This document shows, piece by piece, positions 59,541-64,000 of a stretch of DNA of 64,000 nucleotides (position 1 is the stretch's first letter; every line of letters begins with the position of its first letter). The notes below the pieces were generated by a model. The model was not told the origin of the DNA. It saw only the letters and a program-made list of their open reading frames with translations, and ran no database searches. Location: the IMG/VR virus record IMGVR_UViG_3300026522_000616; one strand, written 5' to 3'. Source of the DNA: an uncultured virus (IMG/VR IMGVR_UViG_3300026522_000616) (taxonomy: Duplodnaviria > Heunggongvirae > Uroviricota > Caudoviricetes). The position numbers and the translations under genes were made by a program.

Positions 59541-60086
59541 ATGAAACGATATATCAAAATTATAATTATGACTATGATAATGAGTACAGTATTGATGAAC
59601 ATAGTATTTGCCGATTCGTTCAATAATCAAAGTGCATATGAAATATATAATAAAGTAAGTATGTATAATGACAGATTAGATAATGGATTATATATGTCTC
59701 CCATGAGGAATATTAATCAAAATGATTTAATGTGGAAAGTTATGTATGGAGAAGGGTATAAATTTTATTATGGAGAAAATGTTTATGGATATTTTGAAGT
59801 AGATAGAAGTGGAAATGTAAATGTAATTCATGTAGAATTTCCTAAAAATGGCAATTATGAAAGATATGCGTATCAATTGTTTATCATTAGCAGTATGGCA
59901 GTAGGTGTGCCAAAGACAGAAATAGATATTATGATGAAAGAAGCCATACTTAAAGATGGAAATTGGATTGCACTAGCAAAAACGAGATATATTAAAAGTA
60001 TTCATAGAGGTGTGTCCTATAGAATATTTACAAAGAAGGATAAATTTGTATATAATTTAGACTTGGCATATATAGGAAAGGATTAA
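59541..60086 (+). CDS. exported protein, probable paralogue of the previous gene
   Basis: signal peptide ending VFA; SAYEIYNKV vs GAYNVYQKV. Confidence 0.7.
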   Translation: MKRYIKIIIMTMIMSTVLMNIVFADSFNNQSAYEIYNKVSMYNDRLDNGLYMSPMRNINQNDLMWKVMYGEGYKFYYGENVYGYFEVDRSGNVNVIHVEFPKNGNYERYAYQLFIISSMAVGVPKTEIDIMMKEAILKDGNWIALAKTRYIKSIHRGVSYRIFTKKDKFVYNLDLAYIGKD

Positions 60087-60091
60087 TTGGA

Positions 60092-60529
60092 ATGACAAAT
60101 ATTGTAAACAATCTTGTATATAAATTGTATTTATGGATGATTAAATCCAAATGGTTTTTCAATAAATGGTATGTATTAGCAGGATATGAAGTAGTATTAG
60201 ATGATGAACGAAGTGGTAATATAGCAGGGAAAGAAGTATGTGCGTTTAATTTAAAGCCGGTAGAACTTAATGTGAGCGACGTAGAGCTATTTGGATACAA
60301 AGCAGATAAAGTAGGTCATAATGTTGTTGCGAAGGGCTTAGATGGGCTAATATACAATTTTGACAACAATCAGATTATTATTAGTATGTCACCTGCATAC
60401 AAATTATCCAATGGATACAGTTATAATGTAAAAGTTTATAAAGAACAGATGAAATATTTAAAAGAAAATGTAAAAGAAGTAGTAGTAGATTATCTGAAAA
60501 CAAAAAGTAAAGCTATGAATAAGCAATAA
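60092..60529 (+). CDS. hypothetical protein
   Basis: ORF. Confidence 0.6.
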   Translation: MTNIVNNLVYKLYLWMIKSKWFFNKWYVLAGYEVVLDDERSGNIAGKEVCAFNLKPVELNVSDVELFGYKADKVGHNVVAKGLDGLIYNFDNNQIIISMSPAYKLSNGYSYNVKVYKEQMKYLKENVKEVVVDYLKTKSKAMNKQ

Positions 60530-60530
60530 A

Positions 60531-60560
60531 AAAAGGACGTACTTAATTGTACGTCCTTTT
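60531..60560. terminator. bidirectional terminator
   Basis: AAAAGGACGTAC/GTACGTCCTTTT. Confidence 0.8.
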
Positions 60561-60563
60561 AGT

Positions 60564-60893
60564 TTATTCATTAATAATCAAAGTAAAATCAGAAGGATGG
60601 GATTTAATCAGATTGATAAATTTTTTAGAAGAACTGATGACATTTTTATTTTTACCCAATTTAAATGGTTTATCAATCTGAAATTGTTTTAATAGTTGTT
60701 CTGTACAAGGAAATTTATGAAATACTTCTTTGGGAGGTATATGCAAGAAAGATTGTAACCAAAAGATGATATTTGGGCAATCGTTAATAACGAGTAATGG
60801 TTTATTGAGATTGAAGGAACTATATACAGAGATTTTAGAAGTATTCATAATATCATATCCCTTATTTAAAATAATTTGTTTTGTAAATATCAT
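60564..60893 (-). CDS. hypothetical protein
   Basis: ORF. Confidence 0.5.
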   Translation of the reverse strand: MIFTKQIILNKGYDIMNTSKISVYSSFNLNKPLLVINDCPNIIFWLQSFLHIPPKEVFHKFPCTEQLLKQFQIDKPFKLGKNKNVISSSKKFINLIKSHPSDFTLIINE

Positions 60894-62307
60894 TAATTAG
60901 CATCTCATCTTTATTATACATTTCATTTAACTGAAAATTATCATGGAACTGTTTTATATTACGTTGAATGTGTTGTGAATATTGGTCTGCTTGACGGAGT
61001 AAGAGAAGGTTTTTACATTCGTCTTTGGTTAAATAATTTTTCAATGTATATAACTCTTTATAAGTAATAGTATGATGGAACGGAATATACATATGAAAAT
61101 ATATATATAGATAAACTTTGTAAGCAAAATCATGATTTACGTTTAAAGAGATTAAATCATTATATGCTTTAATAGCAGAAGTATATTGATGTGCATAGTA
61201 ATGCGCATTCATATCAAAAGTTGCATAGTTTTTATCAATGTACACAATATCAAAATTAAAAGTATTTTGACAAACATATGTCTGCCTGTTTAAAATATAT
61301 TTGACTTTGAATTTTTTACCTTCTTTATAATTATCAATTGGTTTAGTCAATTTAATATAAAAGGCTTTAGTATCGAATTTACCTACATCATGTAACAAAG
61401 TAGCTAAAATAAGAGCTTTGTCTTTAGAATATTTTTTTACATATTCAGTAGCGTACATCATATGCCAATCAACGGTATAATAATGATTTTCATTATGTTG
61501 TGACAGATTATTTGTTTGACTGAAGGACGGAAACGAATCCATAGCCAAATCATGATATTCCTGATTGCATTTGAAATTAGTAATGAAATCCATGATTTGT
61601 GTTGATTTATTTTCGATGGTTTTATAAGGAATAATGAATACATCATTAAATCCTTCATTTTGATTCGGAATAGTAATTGTAGATTCCATACGTTTAATAG
61701 ATTGCATAGGGACAAAACGACCGTAGACTGACTTTTCGTGATAATAGGATATAATGGTTTTAGAACGGTTTAGAACACGCTTATAGGCAATATCAGACGG
61801 AATAGAGTAGAAGATACAATAAATCGGTAGTTTTATATTTTGAATAATTGAACAGCGTGATTTTGTAGTAAGATAAGTAGCGTCAAAAACAATACCTTGA
61901 TTTAAATTATGTTCTGTAAATTCGATGATATAGGATTTAATAGTATCAAAAATAATATCTTGATTATTCATATTATGATAACCACGATAAAATCTAGTTT
62001 TAGTTTTGTCGATAATATCGAATTTATCTTTTCCTTTAAGGTATTGTTGATAAGCAAAACAAATATTTTCGTTTACTGTATGAACAAGTTTTGAAAATTG
62101 ATGTAGTTGACTCTGCTCAAAGAATGTTTCAGGTTTGTAATAATATCTACGGCAAGCTAATCTGTGGCGAATATCGTCTTTACAGATGATAAAATATCCA
62201 TTTTGACGAAAAAATATAGCAGTTGTAGATTTACCTGAACCAGGTAATCCACTTAATAGAATGGCTTTCGGTTTGTTGTCAATAAGATTTTGAATGCAAA
62301 TATTCAT
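60862..62307 (-). CDS. polynucleotide-kinase-like P-loop (AAA_33) fused to HD domain
   Basis: GLPGSGKST, DDIR, DATY, R..R; H..LLHDVGK..H..H..D. Confidence 0.82.
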   Translation of the reverse strand: MNICIQNLIDNKPKAILLSGLPGSGKSTTAIFFRQNGYFIICKDDIRHRLACRRYYYKPETFFEQSQLHQFSKLVHTVNENICFAYQQYLKGKDKFDIIDKTKTRFYRGYHNMNNQDIIFDTIKSYIIEFTEHNLNQGIVFDATYLTTKSRCSIIQNIKLPIYCIFYSIPSDIAYKRVLNRSKTIISYYHEKSVYGRFVPMQSIKRMESTITIPNQNEGFNDVFIIPYKTIENKSTQIMDFITNFKCNQEYHDLAMDSFPSFSQTNNLSQHNENHYYTVDWHMMYATEYVKKYSKDKALILATLLHDVGKFDTKAFYIKLTKPIDNYKEGKKFKVKYILNRQTYVCQNTFNFDIVYIDKNYATFDMNAHYYAHQYTSAIKAYNDLISLNVNHDFAYKVYLYIYFHMYIPFHHTITYKELYTLKNYLTKDECKNLLLLRQADQYSQHIQRNIKQFHDNFQLNEMYNKDEMLINDIYKTNYFK

Positions 62308-62322
62308 TTTATATTTTTCCTT

Positions 62323-62622
62323 TCATAATCCGAAATTATAGATAAAAAAAACATATATTTTATTTGATTTTTTAATACATGGTAGCAGTTTTTGATAAGT
62401 ATATTGATAATCTGCTTCTAATATGCCATTATCGTAATAATTAGAGAAAATATTTAAATGCGTAAAATCCCTTATATTACGTATAATCGTTTCTCTAGTA
62501 AATGGGTTATTATATAAATTAGCTATAAAAGATAATGATAATTTATAGTTTTTAATAAAAAGGTTTCCATCGGCATTCATTGAAAGGTTATATTTGCCTA
62601 TATGTAATATAAATCTATACAT
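62323..62622 (-). CDS. hypothetical protein
   Basis: ORF, RBS GAGG. Confidence 0.55.
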   Translation of the reverse strand: MYRFILHIGKYNLSMNADGNLFIKNYKLSLSFIANLYNNPFTRETIIRNIRDFTHLNIFSNYYDNGILEADYQYTYQKLLPCIKKSNKIYVFFIYNFGL

Positions 62623-62636
62623 GATAAATTCCTCAT

Positions 62637-62951
62637 TTATAGTCCATTATATATGGCAAGTTGTATTTTGAAGTAATCATATGTTTGTTGAATAATATCA
62701 ATATATTTATTTAAATTTTTATGAAACATTCTGATATTATCACACAAATCAAGAATGGGTTCATGTGGAAGAATATGTGGCTTCCCTTCATCGAATACTG
62801 CTCCATATCCATAAAAATGTTCATTGTTCATGGATAATGTGACATATGGAATTCCTGTACCAAATGTAGCTTTAATTTTTACTAATTTTTTATCTTTAAA
62901 AATTAATTTTGTTTTCATTAATGATTTCTCCGAAATTGATGATTTTAACAA
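62637..62951 (-). CDS. hypothetical protein
   Basis: ORF. Confidence 0.55.
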   Translation of the reverse strand: MLKSSISEKSLMKTKLIFKDKKLVKIKATFGTGIPYVTLSMNNEHFYGYGAVFDEGKPHILPHEPILDLCDNIRMFHKNLNKYIDIIQQTYDYFKIQLAIYNGL

Positions 62952-63154
62952 AAAAATATATAATAAAAATAATTTGAAATGAAAAACCCTCTTGACAATT
63001 AGATTTTATGGGGTATAATAATCATGAAAATTTGATGTATTTCAAAAGTAAATGACCTACAAACAGTAGAATATTTATCTAGAAACATTATAACACGATA
63101 ATGATTATAAGTCAATGATAGTAATATGTTTGGTAAAATAGAAAGGATGTTTTC

Positions 63155-64000
63155 ATGGGTATGGGTAATGGTGTAAGACAATATCAGCAGAGTGCAATTT
63201 GCGATACAGATTATACAGATGATTATATGGTGATTGCGCGTCATGCCGAAATGAAAAAACATTCTTTATATAATGCTTATTTGTTGGATATTGCTAAAAA
63301 TAAGGGCTATTCAACTAAATTAACTGATTCTTATTTGACTGCATTAAATAATTGTCAAAAAGACATGACTACTGTTGTAGATAAAAAAATGGGTACATAT
63401 TATCATACTTATGGATTCCGTTGCAGAAGAAATTTTTGTTGGGGTTGCATGGATAAAAAAACAAATATTTTGTATCGCAATACGTTAAAAGCCGTTGATG
63501 AATATTTGTTTAACAATCCTTCTTCACAGTTTAACGTTTATATGTCAACATTTTCTTTAGATTATGTTGATACTATGGAAGAAGCAGTTGATTCTTTAAA
63601 ACGTTTAGATAAATATATGAAAAAAATTACTAGAGCATATTCTAATTTAAATTATACTAAAAAGAATGGTGCAATTATTGGAAAAGGAAAAAGAAAACCT
63701 TGTATGACATTGGCGAAAATCATTAATGATGATTTAGGATTTATTTCGTCATTAGAATTATCTTATAAGCCGAATCGTGGTTTTAAACCACATATGCACA
63801 TTAATGTAATTACAGATATTAATACACATATTACAGGTCAGGAAATGGATGACCTTTTTATGTATGCTTCAGGTTTAAAGAAAAACGAATTTTATAGTTT
63901 TACAGAAGAAACTCATGCAGATAAACTAGATTTTGATTTTGCAAAGCAGATTGCTTTAATTTCTTCTTATACAATTAAAGGCTTTTTAATTGATTTTCAA
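63155..64000 (+). CDS. rolling-circle Rep-like HUH endonuclease (3' end outside window; absent from ORF track)
   Basis: RBS GAAAGGA, open frame of 282 codons to the window end; C..CRRNFCWGC Zn motif, MSTFS (motif I-like), PHMH (HUH), YTIK (motif III). Confidence 0.72.
   Translation, partial: MGMGNGVRQYQQSAICDTDYTDDYMVIARHAEMKKHSLYNAYLLDIAKNKGYSTKLTDSYLTALNNCQKDMTTVVDKKMGTYYHTYGFRCRRNFCWGCMDKKTNILYRNTLKAVDEYLFNNPSSQFNVYMSTFSLDYVDTMEEAVDSLKRLDKYMKKITRAYSNLNYTKKNGAIIGKGKRKPCMTLAKIINDDLGFISSLELSYKPNRGFKPHMHINVITDINTHITGQEMDDLFMYASGLKKNEFYSFTEETHADKLDFDFAKQIALISSYTIKGFLIDFQ

Noticed and set aside
62999..63262. 87 aa minus-strand ORF
   Set aside because: Overlaps the promoter region and start of the plus-strand HUH ORF, which has an RBS and recognisable motifs
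1..64000. Stop-codon reassignment, tRNA or rRNA genes
   Set aside because: Recognisable genes are full length in the standard code; no cloverleaf or rRNA-like segment was seen by eye

Overview
A very AT-rich, gene-dense segment of a large (jumbo-type) tailed dsDNA phage genome. The host is probably an anaerobic Firmicute, possibly a diderm Negativicute (Selenomonas-like LPP20 gene, several exported proteins, NrdG). Replication/recombination genes: SbcC/Rad50 C-terminus, gp32-like SSB, SF2 helicase, RecA, Toprim primase, and a rolling-circle-type HUH Rep ORF that runs off the right end and is missing from the ORF track. Nucleotide and DNA-modification genes: ThyX with a LAGLIDADG intein, 5'-nucleotidase, a HAM1/ITPase with an altered specificity motif, two SPPY methyltransferases, a split Dam pseudogene and a TET-associated-type glycosyltransferase. 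Also present: virion/lysis genes, PhoH, three metallophosphoesterases, MoxR+VWA, a NusG NGN-only protein, ADP-ribose erasers (PARG-like macrodomain, degenerate NADAR), an apparently dead CCA-enzyme homologue and a PNK-HD protein. Mobile/RNA-guided elements: an intact IscB element with omega-RNA, an adjacent gene-less IS200/IS605 mini-element and an orphan TnpB-type omega-RNA with its own promoter. The most striking uncharacterised feature is a non-coding cassette directly upstream of a Ro60/TROVE-like (DUF2828) gene: two stem-closed RNAs sharing ATCAGCAA, plus five anti-Shine-Dalgarno motifs. No tRNA, rRNA or CRISPR array was seen. All family calls are from motif recognition by eye; no database search was run.
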